Shown one piece after another: positions 39,567-50,400 of a stretch of DNA of 64,000 bases (positions within the stretch are counted from its first letter, which is position 1; each line of letters starts with the position of its first letter). The translations under genes and the position numbers were made by a program. The stretch is taken from the sequence record OP978391.1. One strand, given 5' to 3'. The notes beneath the pieces were generated by a model, which saw only the letters and a list, made by a program, of their open reading frames with translations, ran no database searches and was not told where the DNA came from. The stretch is from Escherichia phage HP3.2.

Positions 39567-39567
39567 A

Positions 39568-39936
39568 TTAATTACCAATCGTATATTTAGGAACGAGTTT
39601 CCATTCATGTTTTTGTTTAAAAGAAATAACTCGGAAATTATTAGTTAAATCTTTCATAAAAGTTCTTTGACCAGGAACGATTTCAATCAGTCCCCAATCT
39701 TCTAACAGCCATGCAATCGAATCACGACGAACTTCATCTTCTTCTGTCATTTCAACTTGGCGACCATCCATACGAAGCATTTCTTTAAAATGAACGATAT
39801 AGTATAGTCCTTTTTTCTGAAGAATATGACAGGACTGATACAGAACTTTATCTTTATTATTAGCAATTCCCATACGAGTCAAAGTTTCTTTTACTTTCAG
39901 AAAATCTTCAGGTTTTTTAAGAGTAATTTCAATCAT
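39568..39936 (-). CDS. regA: RegA translational repressor
   Basis: 122 aa MIEITLKKPEDFLKVKETLTRMG..., recognised as RegA. Confidence 0.9.
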   Translation of the reverse strand: MIEITLKKPEDFLKVKETLTRMGIANNKDKVLYQSCHILQKKGLYYIVHFKEMLRMDGRQVEMTEEDEVRRDSIAWLLEDWGLIEIVPGQRTFMKDLTNNFRVISFKQKHEWKLVPKYTIGN

Positions 39937-39937
39937 T

Positions 39938-40501
39938 TTACCATTCCAATGCTAGTTTTTTGAGTTGTTTCTGTTCTTTTACGTTCTTAGTCACTTCTTT
40001 CAAAAAATCATCCGTGACTAAACCTTTTAGTTCTTTTAATACTAAAGATAGTTTTCCATTTTTAGTAAGAATTGATTTATAGTTAATTGCATCATTTGTA
40101 TTAACTTGATACCGCTTAGCAAGTAACTTAATAATCAATACTTCGGTGGAATCTTCAACCAGTTTTGCCCATTTACCATATCTTTTACCCCGAGGAACAG
40201 CAGCCATCAGATAATTAAAATGAGCTTCATCACTTAATCCAGAACCGATTAAATTCATAGCATATACAGCTGGCATGCACTCTGGAAATTGTGATAATGC
40301 ATTCTCAACCATGTATTTTGAATAATCTTTTTGAGCAATAGAGCATTTAGTTTTATTATTAATAGCTCCAATTATTTCAAAAAACTCATTTTCAGCTTTT
40401 TCTTTAAAAGAATCAGCAGCGGATTGGACAGCTGTCCAATCTTTTGAATACCAAGCAACTTGATGCTCGTTTAATTGAATATCATCTTCAAATAAGCTCA
40501 T
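39938..40501 (-). CDS. 62: Clamp loader small subunit gp62
   Basis: Start MSLFEDD gives 187 aa; position between regA and 44. Confidence 0.82.
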   Translation of the reverse strand: MSLFEDDIQLNEHQVAWYSKDWTAVQSAADSFKEKAENEFFEIIGAINNKTKCSIAQKDYSKYMVENALSQFPECMPAVYAMNLIGSGLSDEAHFNYLMAAVPRGKRYGKWAKLVEDSTEVLIIKLLAKRYQVNTNDAINYKSILTKNGKLSLVLKELKGLVTDDFLKEVTKNVKEQKQLKKLALEW

Positions 40502-40502
40502 A

Positions 40503-41462
40503 TCACTTCCACTGCATTTCACATGCTAACTGAATGAAAAGATAAGCTAAATGCAATTCAGTATTAGCTGCAATACCATGATACTGATTATTTTCGCCGA
40601 CAATTTCGTACATACGAATAATACTCTGCGGAGTTACACGTGAATAGATTTCTTCGGCAAGTTTACCTACGAACCACGAATAATCAGCTGCATATTTTGG
40701 TGCTAAAGCTCTGAGTTGTTTAACATCTTTATTTTTGAGAGACTCAAGAACATCATCAATAGCACCACGATCGTTAGTAACCAGTGATAAAATACCAGCA
40801 TCCAAAACACCTTTAGATGAATAACTATCGAGCTCGCCAATAGTTTTACGAAAATCAGGAAAATTCTTTTTAACCAAAGCTGCTACAACTTTCATATCAG
40901 CTATAGCAATTCCTTCATGCTTACAGATTTCAGTCAATCGACGAATCATCTGCTTCATCATTTCAATTTTATCTTCATCGGTCGGTTGACCGAACGTAAT
41001 AACTCGGCAGCGTGACTGAAGTGGTTTAATAATACCATCAATATTGTTAGCAGTAATAATAATACTACAGTTTGAACTATAAGCTTCCATAAAGGAACGA
41101 AGATGTCGCTGAGACTCTGCTAATCCTGAGCGGTCAAATTCATCAATAACGATTACTTTTTGACGACCATCAAATGAAGCGGCGCTGGCAAAATTAGTCA
41201 AAGGACCGCGAACGAAATCAATTTTACAATCTGATCCATTCACAAACATCATATCAGCATTTACATCATGACACAATGCTTTTGCTACAGTTGTTTTACC
41301 TGTTCCTGGAGAAGGAGAATGAAGAATAATATGTGGAATCTTACCTTTACTTGTAATAGATTTAAAGGTTTCTTTATCAAAGGCGGGAAGAATACATTCA
41401 TCGATAGTAGATGGACGATATTTCTGTTCAAGAATGTGTTCTTTTTCATTTACGGTAATCAT
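40503..41462 (-). CDS. 44: Clamp loader ATPase gp44
   Basis: Walker [10 protein letters not shown]; AAA+ fold; start MITVNE with GAGGA RBS. Confidence 0.93.
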
Positions 41463-41494
41463 AATTTCCTCATTCAAGTTTTAGTGTAAATTAT

Positions 41495-41512
41495 AAAGGG
41501 CCGAAGCCCTTT
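41495..41512 (-). terminator. Hairpin AAAGGGC-CGAA-GCCCTTT between 45 and 44
   Basis: 7-bp stem with tetraloop. Confidence 0.5.
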
Positions 41513-41513
41513 A

Positions 41514-42200
41514 TTAAAAATCGTGGGTAGAATCAGCTTCAAGAGCTACCACATAATTCGCGTGTTCACCTTCAAATTTAGCAGCACCTTGTTTACCTTT
41601 TGCCCAGAGCAGAAGTTTATAATTTCCTGGTTGCATTTTCATATTTGCCATATTGATAATGAAATTAAATGTATTTTCACCATCATAATCACCAAGAGTC
41701 AAAGAATATTTAACACGGGTCAGAGCAGAATCTTCTACTTTATTAAAACCGTTAATTACGATTTTACCTTCTTTTACCGTGATAGCAATTGTATCAATTT
41801 GCAGACCACGAGATACACGCAACAGTTGTTGAAGGTCTTCAGCTTTAATTTCAGTAACAACAGATGCTACCGGAAATGGAATTGGTTTATTAGGAGCAAC
41901 TACTGTACTCGGATCGGCTGCTGGCCAAAAAATTGTTGAACGAGCATCAGCAATTTTAATATTTCCATCTTCTGACTGGGAAATTTCTGCATCATCATTA
42001 ACTAGCGACAGAATACCGAGAAAACCGTTCAAATCGTAAATTGCTACATCAAAATCAATAACGTCAGAAATATTTGCTTCCGCGTAAGTTGTACCATTAA
42101 CTGCGCGAGTCATAATAAATTGACCGGATTTAAGCATAATGCCAGAGTTAATAGTAGCGAAATTTTTCAAAATATTCAGTGTATCTTTAGACAGTTTCAT
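41514..42200 (-). CDS. 45: Sliding clamp gp45
   Basis: 228 aa; matches T4 gp45. Confidence 0.93.
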   Translation of the reverse strand: MKLSKDTLNILKNFATINSGIMLKSGQFIMTRAVNGTTYAEANISDVIDFDVAIYDLNGFLGILSLVNDDAEISQSEDGNIKIADARSTIFWPAADPSTVVAPNKPIPFPVASVVTEIKAEDLQQLLRVSRGLQIDTIAITVKEGKIVINGFNKVEDSALTRVKYSLTLGDYDGENTFNFIINMANMKMQPGNYKLLLWAKGKQGAAKFEGEHANYVVALEADSTHDF

Positions 42201-42255
42201 GTAATTTCCTTCAATTCAAATGAGATTTAATTTTATAACTAATTTAATAAAGCAA

Positions 42256-42645
42256 TTAACGATTAAAATCAGTTGCGATTGTTTCGGCAACAATTTGTGC
42301 AGCAACAATCAGACGTTCATCTGCATTACCACAATAATCATCTTCAAGGCGTTCACCACATGAAGTCATAATAAATTTAGCACCGGCGTTTAGGGATTCT
42401 GTAGTATGTTTGCGCATTAGTTCAATCCATTTATTACTTACTTCACGATCGATAGCTTCATAATACGCATGACGAGCAGGTGCAGATTTAATTTTGTTCT
42501 GAATAACTTCCATTGCGTTATCAGAAAGAGACAAAACCCATGCTCGACGAATTTTATTTTGGTTTTGTGGATTTGATTCAGAACGCACGTGTTTTGGCTG
42601 AATATCTTTTACATCAACAGTATAATTCACAGTAATTTTAGTCAT
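42256..42645 (-). CDS. rpbA: RpbA RNA polymerase-binding protein
   Basis: 129 aa; position upstream of gene 45. Confidence 0.75.
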   Translation of the reverse strand: MTKITVNYTVDVKDIQPKHVRSESNPQNQNKIRRAWVLSLSDNAMEVIQNKIKSAPARHAYYEAIDREVSNKWIELMRKHTTESLNAGAKFIMTSCGERLEDDYCGNADERLIVAAQIVAETIATDFNR

Positions 42646-42654
42646 AATACACCT

Positions 42655-42843
42655 TTAGTCATAATAATCAGTAACAGTCCAAGCTTCATTTCTATTGGAC
42701 ATTATTTTTGTATATTCTGCTTTAAATGCATTCCTAAGCATAGATTCAGTAACTATATGCTCTTCATTAGAAAAATTATTTCTCAGAATATATCGTTTTA
42801 TTTCAGGAAAAGTTAATAAATGCTGTCCAGTTGAATATTCCAT
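42655..42843 (-). CDS. Hypothetical protein, 62 aa (45.2 position)
   Basis: Track ORF. Confidence 0.5.
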   Translation of the reverse strand: MEYSTGQHLLTFPEIKRYILRNNFSNEEHIVTESMLRNAFKAEYTKIMSNRNEAWTVTDYYD

Positions 42844-42898
42844 GTTTTTCCTCCATAGAGATTATACTCTAATAAATTAAAGCATAATCTCTTATAAA

Positions 42899-44608
42899 TT
42901 AAACCATTACAGTAAATCGACCAACTTTCTTCATTTGAAGATGCTGACCATATTCTTGCGGGTCATGGTCTTTATGCGAAATTATAAAAACATTAGTGTT
43001 TTTCATTGAATTTATAATATTAGCTACACCTTTAATACCTTCGGCATCAAATGACCCATCAAACACTTCATCAAGAATTAATGTACTAATACTAACACCA
43101 GATACGATAGAAGCAATATCACGCCAAGTAAATAAAAGAGCAATATCAATTCGTGCCTTTTCACCTTCACTAAATGAAGCATAACTAAAATCTTCACGAC
43201 CACGGGATTTAATTGTCTCATTAAATTCTTCATCTAATGTAAACACATAATCCGCTTCCATTATTTTAAGATAATGGTTAATCTGCTTATTAAATAATGG
43301 AATGTACTTTTTAATAATAGCACCTTTAATACCAGAATCTTTGAGCATATCAGTCAAAATTCCTCGGTGGTATTTTTCCATTACTAAATTAGTTTTTGTC
43401 TTAACAATTTTATCAAGTTCTTCTTGAAGCAGTGCTATTTCATCAGCATGGTCAATAAACTCGGATGATGCTTTTTCTATAGCTGCTTTAACTTTTTTAG
43501 CTTTATCTACTGTCGTGATTAGAGATTGCTTTTTATTGCGAATATCATTTGCCAACGACTGCTGGGTTTTAATATTATCTCGGTATTCATCAACAAGAAC
43601 TTTTAAATTATCACGGTGCGTTGAAAGCTGTTCAAACGAATGCGTACATTCAGAAACTTTATCTTTAATTTTAGAAACAACTTTATCACCGGAACTTAAT
43701 TGTGACAAACAGGTTGGACATAATCCACCTTCGTGATACATATTAATGACTTTATTATACGAGTCAATTTTTGATTTAATTAAAACTGCTTCTTGACCGA
43801 TTTTATTAAATGCATCAGTCGGGTCTTCATCTAAAACAATATTAACTAATCTTTCATTAGCTTCTTCTATTTCCGATTTTAGCGTTCTAGCTTCTTTTGC
43901 CAAATCATCATACATATTTTGTAGACGAGTAAGGTTGTCACCCGTTAATTTTTTCTGGCGTTCAACGTTATCATTATATATTTTAATTTGTTGGATAATA
44001 CTATCTTTTTTAACATCAAGCACTTGGTTTTGTGAATTTAATTCACGTATTAGTGCTTTATTAAGCTTATCCATTTCAGCTAATGTTCCTACCTCAAGCA
44101 GGTCTTCCACAAGCTTTCTTCGCGCAGGGGTCGACAAACCCATGAAAGGGGTATACCCTGCTGTACCAAGGACAACAATCTGCTTGAAACTGGCATATGA
44201 CATTCCGATAAGCTGTTCAAATTCTGCTTGGAAATCTTTACTGCTGGCAGATTCATTAAGACGTGTACCGTTAACGGTGATTTCGAAAACGTTTGGTTTT
44301 TGTCCTCTTTTGATATAGTACTTTTTCTCATCATATTCCATCCACAGTTCAACTAAAAGTTCTTTCTTATTTGTGCTGTTTATTAATTGACCTTTCTTAA
44401 CATCACGAAATGGTTTACCGAAAAGTCCGAAAGTAATGGCTTCTAACATCGTAGATTTACCACCGCCATTTTTACCTGTGATTAAGGTCTTTTGGACTTT
44501 ATCTAATTGGATATCGATAAAATTTTGCCCCTCGAATCCATCATCATCTTTAACGTCCATTTCGACTTCAAGCCTGAGTCCAGCATTGTTAAATTCATCT
44601 AAAGTCAT
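42899..44608 (-). CDS. 46: Recombination nuclease subunit gp46 (Rad50/SbcC-like)
   Basis: 569 aa; Walker A GKNGGGKST; coiled-coil middle with CPTC zinc hook. Confidence 0.9.
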   Translation of the reverse strand: MTLDEFNNAGLRLEVEMDVKDDDGFEGQNFIDIQLDKVQKTLITGKNGGGKSTMLEAITFGLFGKPFRDVKKGQLINSTNKKELLVELWMEYDEKKYYIKRGQKPNVFEITVNGTRLNESASSKDFQAEFEQLIGMSYASFKQIVVLGTAGYTPFMGLSTPARRKLVEDLLEVGTLAEMDKLNKALIRELNSQNQVLDVKKDSIIQQIKIYNDNVERQKKLTGDNLTRLQNMYDDLAKEARTLKSEIEEANERLVNIVLDEDPTDAFNKIGQEAVLIKSKIDSYNKVINMYHEGGLCPTCLSQLSSGDKVVSKIKDKVSECTHSFEQLSTHRDNLKVLVDEYRDNIKTQQSLANDIRNKKQSLITTVDKAKKVKAAIEKASSEFIDHADEIALLQEELDKIVKTKTNLVMEKYHRGILTDMLKDSGIKGAIIKKYIPLFNKQINHYLKIMEADYVFTLDEEFNETIKSRGREDFSYASFSEGEKARIDIALLFTWRDIASIVSGVSISTLILDEVFDGSFDAEGIKGVANIINSMKNTNVFIISHKDHDPQEYGQHLQMKKVGRFTVMV

Positions 44609-45624
44609 TGTGTTGCCTCTACATATAGCTGATTTGCATATTGAATAAGTGCTTCACGGTCAGAATCAGTGATGTCTGGAATTGCATTAATATACTCTTC
44701 CATTAATGTCTGAAGCGATTGGACTTCAACTTCTTCACTGTCATCTGACTCGACAGAGTTATCAATCTTTGACACAACTCGTAATGAATGCACAACTTTT
44801 TCTAGTTCAGATTCGAACTTCGTTAGATTTTTGTCTACTTCAGTTACTATAACACGTACTGATAGATTTGTAAAATCTTTATAGTCAATTTTTCCTTTAA
44901 ATGGATAATGAATTCTACGATGCCAGGTAGTATTGTTTGGAATAAATTCCATTCGTTCTGTTTCTGTATCAAACATCCAGAACCCGCGAGGGTCATTCTC
45001 GTCACCTGCAGTTAGTGTCCATGGTGTCCCAATATATCTGACGTTAGCAGCCTCAGAGATAGTATGGAAGTGACCAGACCACACTTCTTTATAAGTCTTA
45101 AGGAAATCAGGTTCAAGACCATGAGATTTCATTCCTTTATAAAAATAAAATCCATTCAGTTCCCAGTGACCAACACAAAAAGAAGCAGATGAAGTTTTGA
45201 TGTGCTCAAGAATTTCACCAGTATTTTCTTCACACATCCAAGGAATTAAATCAATTAAACATCCGTCAAAATCTACTGTAGTAGGCTTATCATATACTTT
45301 AACATTAGGATATTTAGCCAAAAGCTCAGTAGAGGCATTTGGATGCATTACATTTTTGTAGTGGAGATCGTGATTTCCTACAATAGTATGTAATGTGATT
45401 CCAGCGTCATCAAGCATTTGAACTATTTCACGGGCAAACTCCATAGTTTTATGCGTGATCGCTTTTCGTACATCAAAAATATCACCGTATTGAATCCATA
45501 CAGTAATTCCATTTTTCTTAGAATATTCTATCGCTTGCTTAATTCCATCAATTTGAATACCGCGAATCCATTCATCATCAGCTTTAACACCTAAATGCCA
45601 ATCACCTAAATTTAAAATTTTCAT
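44605..45624 (-). CDS. 47: Recombination nuclease subunit gp47 (Mre11/SbcD-like)
   Basis: 339 aa; phosphoesterase motifs GDWHLG, GNHD; ATGA overlap with gene 46. Confidence 0.9.
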   Translation of the reverse strand: MKILNLGDWHLGVKADDEWIRGIQIDGIKQAIEYSKKNGITVWIQYGDIFDVRKAITHKTMEFAREIVQMLDDAGITLHTIVGNHDLHYKNVMHPNASTELLAKYPNVKVYDKPTTVDFDGCLIDLIPWMCEENTGEILEHIKTSSASFCVGHWELNGFYFYKGMKSHGLEPDFLKTYKEVWSGHFHTISEAANVRYIGTPWTLTAGDENDPRGFWMFDTETERMEFIPNNTTWHRRIHYPFKGKIDYKDFTNLSVRVIVTEVDKNLTKFESELEKVVHSLRVVSKIDNSVESDDSEEVEVQSLQTLMEEYINAIPDITDSDREALIQYANQLYVEATQ

Positions 45625-45761
45625 ATATCAAGAACCGTCATTGAAATGCAAAATAAAATTATTGAAATAAATCCATCTGGAGTGCTAAAGAACCCAATCC
45701 AACATGCTCTAGTGAATAGATAAAACGCGAGAAAAAGTATCACATATCCAAGAAATATCAT
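45621..45761 (-). CDS. Small hydrophobic ORF, about 46 aa (47.1 position)
   Basis: MIFLGYVILFLAFYLFTRACWIGFF...; stop overlaps gene 47 start. Confidence 0.4.
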   Translation of the reverse strand: MIFLGYVILFLAFYLFTRACWIGFFSTPDGFISIILFCISMTVLDI

Positions 45762-45784
45762 TATATCAAACTCCGTATAAAGCT

Positions 45785-45802
45785 AAAGGGCCGAAGCCCT
45801 TT
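45785..45802 (-). terminator. Hairpin AAAGGGC-CGAA-GCCCTTT after alpha-gt
   Basis: Same 18-mer as at 41495; overlaps the alpha-gt stop codon. Confidence 0.5.
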
Positions 45803-47003
45803 ATTTTGTAATAATGTCAAACTGTTCTTTAAAGCAGAAGCTTGAATCTTGATGCTGATACAAAAATTCATATGCTTTTTCTCGCTCACGGTCATAAAGA
45901 GCTCGGTCAGATGACAGTTCTTTAATACGCTCGAATGTTGATTCCATGCCATTTTCATCAAACCAAATGATACCGCTATCATGCGAGGTCAAAGGAGTAT
46001 TATCAACACGGAATTTTAAATTTTCGCCAGTAGATTTCCAGAAAACAGGAATTGTACCGCAAGCACCTAATTCAAGATGAGTATATTCTAGTGAGCGTTG
46101 TAAGTATTTCTGGTTAAGTTTACTCAACTGATATCCAAAGCCAGATTTACTCATTCGTTCAAGCATTTCACTATTAATATAACAATCTAGGATTTGTGCC
46201 GGTTGATTCGGCGTGAGATTCATTTTATCGATCTCACGATTACCGTAATATTCATACGGAATACCTTTTTCCTTAATTGCAATAAAAGCAGGGGAACGTT
46301 CAAGACCTTCCATTACAGTGGATTTACCAGCAGGTTTTAAGAATTTTTCGTGAAAATCAAACATCTGGTAAAAACCTTTCCATGTAGTCGTACGACCAAT
46401 CCAACGATTGATATTCATGTTAATTTCAGAAACATCTTTCCAGTAGGTTGATCGAACTTTCGCAATATCCATAGGAGGCTGAAAATTATATACTGTTGGT
46501 GCTTCTTCAATATCATCAAACAGAGAAACAGTTTCTGGATACCATTCTTTCATCAGAACTTTATTAAAATCGCCATTATCAGAATGACTAAAAATAACAT
46601 CAGCTCGACGAACAGTTTCTTCTAATCCCAAATTTCGACGCAAAGAAAGAACAGAATGATCATGCTGATAAACTACAACACGAATAGAAGGTTTAATATT
46701 ATCTAAAAGTTTTTTATAGTTATTAATCGTGGCTTCTTGAACGGAAGTAGCAGGAACAGAATTAATAATTAGAATATCACAATCATTTACCAGCTTAAGT
46801 GCTTTATCGTATTCTTTAGCTAAAATAACTGGAATTGAAAATGATTTGTGGTCATGAGAACTTGTACGAGTAAATGATTTATCTTTAGCATAAACCAAAG
46901 TTACTTCATGACCATTCTTAATAAACCAATCACGTTGCTCGAGTGAGAATTTTGTTACACCACAACCTTCAAGACCTCGAGCCATAAAAATACATACTTT
47001 CAT
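45801..47003 (-). CDS. agt: DNA alpha-glucosyltransferase
   Basis: 400 aa; matches T4 alpha-gt in length, sequence and position after gene 47. Confidence 0.9.
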   Translation of the reverse strand: MKVCIFMARGLEGCGVTKFSLEQRDWFIKNGHEVTLVYAKDKSFTRTSSHDHKSFSIPVILAKEYDKALKLVNDCDILIINSVPATSVQEATINNYKKLLDNIKPSIRVVVYQHDHSVLSLRRNLGLEETVRRADVIFSHSDNGDFNKVLMKEWYPETVSLFDDIEEAPTVYNFQPPMDIAKVRSTYWKDVSEINMNINRWIGRTTTWKGFYQMFDFHEKFLKPAGKSTVMEGLERSPAFIAIKEKGIPYEYYGNREIDKMNLTPNQPAQILDCYINSEMLERMSKSGFGYQLSKLNQKYLQRSLEYTHLELGACGTIPVFWKSTGENLKFRVDNTPLTSHDSGIIWFDENGMESTFERIKELSSDRALYDREREKAYEFLYQHQDSSFCFKEQFDIITK

Positions 47004-47053
47004 TTAATATCCTCTTTGTTTTGGTTTATTTTACCAAAAATTTATAAAGCAAT

Positions 47054-47073
47054 ATAGGAGCCGAAGCTCCTAT
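47054..47073 (-). other. Hairpin ATAGGAGC-CGAA-GCTCCTAT
   Basis: 8-bp stem with CGAA loop upstream of alpha-gt. Confidence 0.4.
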
Positions 47074-47246
47074 CCACATAATACGCCATACAAAGGCTCA
47101 TTAGAGCTTCTAAATTTTCTGCGCCTATATGTTATAGTTCCTTCTGCTTTAGCTTTATCGTAAGACTCTTTAAAGCGTCTCATCATTTCTACTTTAGAGG
47201 AACGAATTTTATTATAATCTATTTCAGAAGTCTGGGTGTTCATCTT

Positions 47247-47453
47247 TCATAACTGCCACCATTTTTTGACTTGATAAGAATCAACCCACACTTTCATATT
47301 AGGGTCTGCTCTTACAATAGGAGGATTAACTTCTTTAATTGAACTATCATGGTATTCTTTTTCAGAAATTTTCACACAAAGATGACCATTCAAAGATTCA
47401 GTAAATCCTGCATTAATTTTAAGACGCTTGAATTTTACGTGTGTAAGCATCAA
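47247..47453 (-). CDS. Hypothetical protein, 68 aa
   Basis: Track ORF. Confidence 0.45.
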   Translation of the reverse strand: MMLTHVKFKRLKINAGFTESLNGHLCVKISEKEYHDSSIKEVNPPIVRADPNMKVWVDSYQVKKWWQL

Positions 47454-47736
47454 TCATATCCTCAATCTGCGATCTAGTAGTCTTCCAAAGAATACTGATG
47501 AGTTCATCGTTATATGGCTGTTTTAGAATATCCCGACTTTTCTTGATAGCATATTCGTATTGAGCAAAATTATTATTTTCAGCTGCGATCTGAGCGTGCT
47601 TATAAAGACGATTCAGTTCGCGTTTATTTTTAGACAATAACTTATTTGCTTTTCTTTCTGCTTCAAGACGGTTCTTTTCTTCAATAGAAGAAATAAGCTT
47701 TTTCACTTCATCATTAATTTCGGGTTTATCAGTCAT
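47419..47736 (-). CDS. Hypothetical protein, 105 aa
   Basis: Track ORF, predicted helical. Confidence 0.5.
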   Translation of the reverse strand: MTDKPEINDEVKKLISSIEEKNRLEAERKANKLLSKNKRELNRLYKHAQIAAENNNFAQYEYAIKKSRDILKQPYNDELISILWKTTRSQIEDMIDAYTRKIQAS

Positions 47737-47737
47737 A

Positions 47738-47956
47738 TTATTTCTCTAATATAAAATAAAAATCATCATCTGTTAAATGATACCGATAGTTTAATTCTAC
47801 ACCATTAGATTTAAAAGCGGTATCATACGGATTTTCTGGATCAATATCAATGTCAAGAGCTAAAACTTCCCTGAGATACATTTTAAGTAAATAGGGAATA
47901 GCTTCAACTTCAGGTATTTCTTCCAAGAATCCGGAGAGGTTAATCGTTAGCCTCAT
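47738..47956 (-). CDS. Hypothetical protein, 72 aa
   Basis: Track ORF downstream of gene 55. Confidence 0.5.
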
Positions 47957-48497
47957 ATAAAAAATCCAAACTAGGAGAATCGTCTACAACACTTTTCTTT
48001 TCAGCCCCCGGTGTTCTATAGGTTGATTCTTCGTAATGCGTCATTTTATCGTAGATGTCTTGAATAAAAGTTTCATCTACTAACGCAACCATATCGTCGT
48101 CACGACTGTCATAGACATTGTGAACGAAGTAACTGTATTTCTTTGCAACTTCCTTACGTTCTTTTTTAATACGTTGGACGAATGCATTAAAACAAGCTTG
48201 AGTTATATATGCATGCGGGTTTTTATATTTCGTTTCATCAAAATTGTGAAGCCCCTTAATAGAAGCTTCTATACCATCTGCAATCATTTCTTGTTTCCAA
48301 GACTGGGTGTATCCTGAAAAGTTGAAACGTTTAGATAAGCCTTCTGCAATAAGCATAATGGCTAATCCGATAGTATCATTCTGACGAACTACTTTATTTG
48401 GGTCTTTATTATTTGCTAATTCTGTTTTCCAATCAATAATAGCTTGTAAAAGCTCTTTATTGTTTACGTAATTATATTTAGGCTTAGTTTCTGACAT
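47940..48497 (-). CDS. 55: Late sigma factor gp55
   Basis: Start [10 protein letters not shown] gives 185 aa; matches T4 gp55. Confidence 0.9.
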
Positions 48498-48575
48498 TTT
48501 CACCTCTTAGCTCAATTCATAGATCTATTATATCATAATATTTGAAGATCTATCTTAAAGCATAGAGGATATCAG

Positions 48576-48845
48576 TTATCTAAGTAAGCAGTATGCTTGG
48601 AATACTTTCTCCATCATCTTTTTAAATTCATGAATATCTATATAATGACTAGTTAGATCAGCATGATATAAAAAGTCTAAAAACTTTTCATGTGTACTAA
48701 CATATTCACTTTCATTTAATTCAGAAACATGGCTTTCCCAATATCCAACACCAGTCTTATTTGGGAAAAATGAAATTTTCATGTATTGGTCAACATAGAA
48801 AATGCCATAATTTTCAATAGTAATAGAAATATTAATAAATTTCAT
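48576..48845 (-). CDS. Hypothetical protein, 89 aa
   Basis: Track ORF. Confidence 0.5.
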   Translation of the reverse strand: MKFINISITIENYGIFYVDQYMKISFFPNKTGVGYWESHVSELNESEYVSTHEKFLDFLYHADLTSHYIDIHEFKKMMEKVFQAYCLLR

Positions 48846-49057
48846 ACATTCATCAACTTAGCCGCTTCAAGAGCTGCATCTAGTGAATCAAATTGGTCAA
48901 CATATTCAATCAATTCGCCGTAATTGGCATATAACCACCATTGGCTAAATTCATACTCAAGAATGAATCCATTTCCTTCAATTTGAGTTAAACCACTGCC
49001 GTTTGTATTTACTTCATACCCAGCAAGACGTAAATCGTTAATAAGAGCTTCATTCAT
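48842..49057 (-). CDS. Hypothetical acidic protein, 71 aa
   Basis: Track ORF. Confidence 0.5.
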   Translation of the reverse strand: MNEALINDLRLAGYEVNTNGSGLTQIEGNGFILEYEFSQWWLYANYGELIEYVDQFDSLDAALEAAKLMNV

Positions 49058-49059
49058 AA

Positions 49060-49386
49060 TTATGCCTTAGTAATTTTCAGGTCAGCAAATTTTTTCTTGC
49101 GTTGATTTTTCATGCGACGAATAGTTTTATCGGAAATTTCATGCTTTTGATAAGCTTTAGATTCTACACCAAAAGCTTTAACATCAAATTCTGACAAGAT
49201 ATATTGAACCAACAATTCACGGACAGTATTGCGTCCAATCTTCTGATCATTCTGTTTCATCGTCTGATGAAGCTCTTTTTCCCATTTATCCAAAATTTGA
49301 GGAGTTACAATATCGCCTTTTTCTAGCAAAGAAACTACTTTATCATATGCGTAAGAATTGATGGCGTTTTTAATTTGAATAGTCAT
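49060..49386 (-). CDS. Hypothetical protein, 108 aa
   Basis: Track ORF. Confidence 0.5.
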   Translation of the reverse strand: MTIQIKNAINSYAYDKVVSLLEKGDIVTPQILDKWEKELHQTMKQNDQKIGRNTVRELLVQYILSEFDVKAFGVESKAYQKHEISDKTIRRMKNQRKKKFADLKITKA

Positions 49387-49425
49387 ACATTATCCTCAAT
49401 TACGTTAAAATTTTATTATCCAAAA

Positions 49426-49441
49426 AAGGGCCGAAGCCCTT
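49426..49441 (-). terminator. Hairpin AAGGGC-CGAA-GCCCTT
   Basis: Third copy of the 16-mer seen at 9237 and 9455. Confidence 0.5.
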
Positions 49442-49640
49442 AGCTAAACTTTTTGGCACCCTTCCAGCCTTCGTACATCATTGCGACTGACAATGACAAA
49501 GCTCCTTCACATGCTGTGTACTTATTATTCCAGAACCAATTTAGAAAAACTTCATCCTCAATACCATTGTGTTTCATGTTCTGGAAAAATTTGGCGCGTT
49601 CTTCAGCAATTCGCTGCGATAATTTAGATTCAGGATTCAT
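49440..49640 (-). CDS. Hypothetical protein, 66 aa
   Basis: Track ORF. Confidence 0.5.
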   Translation of the reverse strand: MNPESKLSQRIAEERAKFFQNMKHNGIEDEVFLNWFWNNKYTACEGALSLSVAMMYEGWKGAKKFS

Positions 49641-49772
49641 TTAAATTTCCCAATTGCCATTTTCATCAATAAATTTAATCCAGTCATTTACTGACCACTT
49701 AGTTGTATCGCCTTTTGGAGTAACATTTAAAGTATATAACCCCTGCTTAAAAAGCATTCGTTTGATATTCAT
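49641..49772 (-). CDS. Small ORF, about 43 aa
   Basis: Start MNIKRMLFKQ with GAGGAAAAT RBS preferred over longer track ORF. Confidence 0.35.
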   Translation of the reverse strand: MNIKRMLFKQGLYTLNVTPKGDTTKWSVNDWIKFIDENGNWEI

Positions 49773-49779
49773 ATTTTCC

Positions 49780-50073
49780 TCAGCTATAACGATAACACTC
49801 GTTTGATTTACGTTTAGCAACTCGTTGAGAAGTATTATAATCAAAATCATCGTCAATGTAAACTGATTTTTTCAACTTTCTTACTTCACCGCGTAATTGA
49901 CGATTTAACTCATCTTTAACTTCTGAATCAATACCTTTCATTCTACGCCATTTATCTGAGCGAAAAATGTTTTCAACCATATCTTTATGACTTACACCAT
50001 CAGGAGCTTTACGCTTTCCGAAATAGTCATAATCACGAACTTTCAAGTCTTTACGACGATACGTTTTACCCAT
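49780..50073 (-). CDS. Hypothetical basic protein, about 97 aa
   Basis: Start MGKTYRRKDLKV preferred. Confidence 0.45.
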   Translation of the reverse strand: MGKTYRRKDLKVRDYDYFGKRKAPDGVSHKDMVENIFRSDKWRRMKGIDSEVKDELNRQLRGEVRKLKKSVYIDDDFDYNTSQRVAKRKSNECYRYS

Positions 50074-50242
50074 GGAGTTTAATTTCCTTAGCAACTGAAC
50101 TAAATGCAGCACGATCGCAAATCAAGCGTTTATTCCATTTAAGTAAAGTATAGTGAACCTCAAAATCATCTACTGCTGTAACAATAACGATATGTCCATT
50201 AACACGATAATACTGATCTCTTTTAATCTCTTTATCAACCAT
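50066..50242 (-). CDS. Small ORF, about 58 aa
   Basis: MVDKEIKRDQYYRVNGHIVIV...; GAGGA RBS; downstream of an early promoter. Confidence 0.4.
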   Translation of the reverse strand: MVDKEIKRDQYYRVNGHIVIVTAVDDFEVHYTLLKWNKRLICDRAAFSSVAKEIKLHG

Positions 50243-50272
50243 ATCAATTCCTCAAAGGCAATTCATATGTTA

Positions 50273-50302
50273 ATAATACCACGGTTTGAACTTGTTGTAA
50301 AC
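50273..50302 (-). promoter_or_regulatory. Early sigma70-like promoter
   Basis: GTTTAC, 18-bp spacer, TATTAT. Confidence 0.5.
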
Positions 50303-50383
50303 AACTTTGTGAAAAATATTTTAGGGAATGATAAGAAGGGAACGATAACTTAGAATGGTAATATACAGAATGTGAGAAAGAAA

Positions 50384-50397
50384 GGCCCAGAGGGCCC
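50384..50397 (-). other. GC hairpin GGCCC-AGA-GGGCC
   Basis: Inverted repeat read directly. Confidence 0.35.
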
Positions 50398-50400
50398 GTC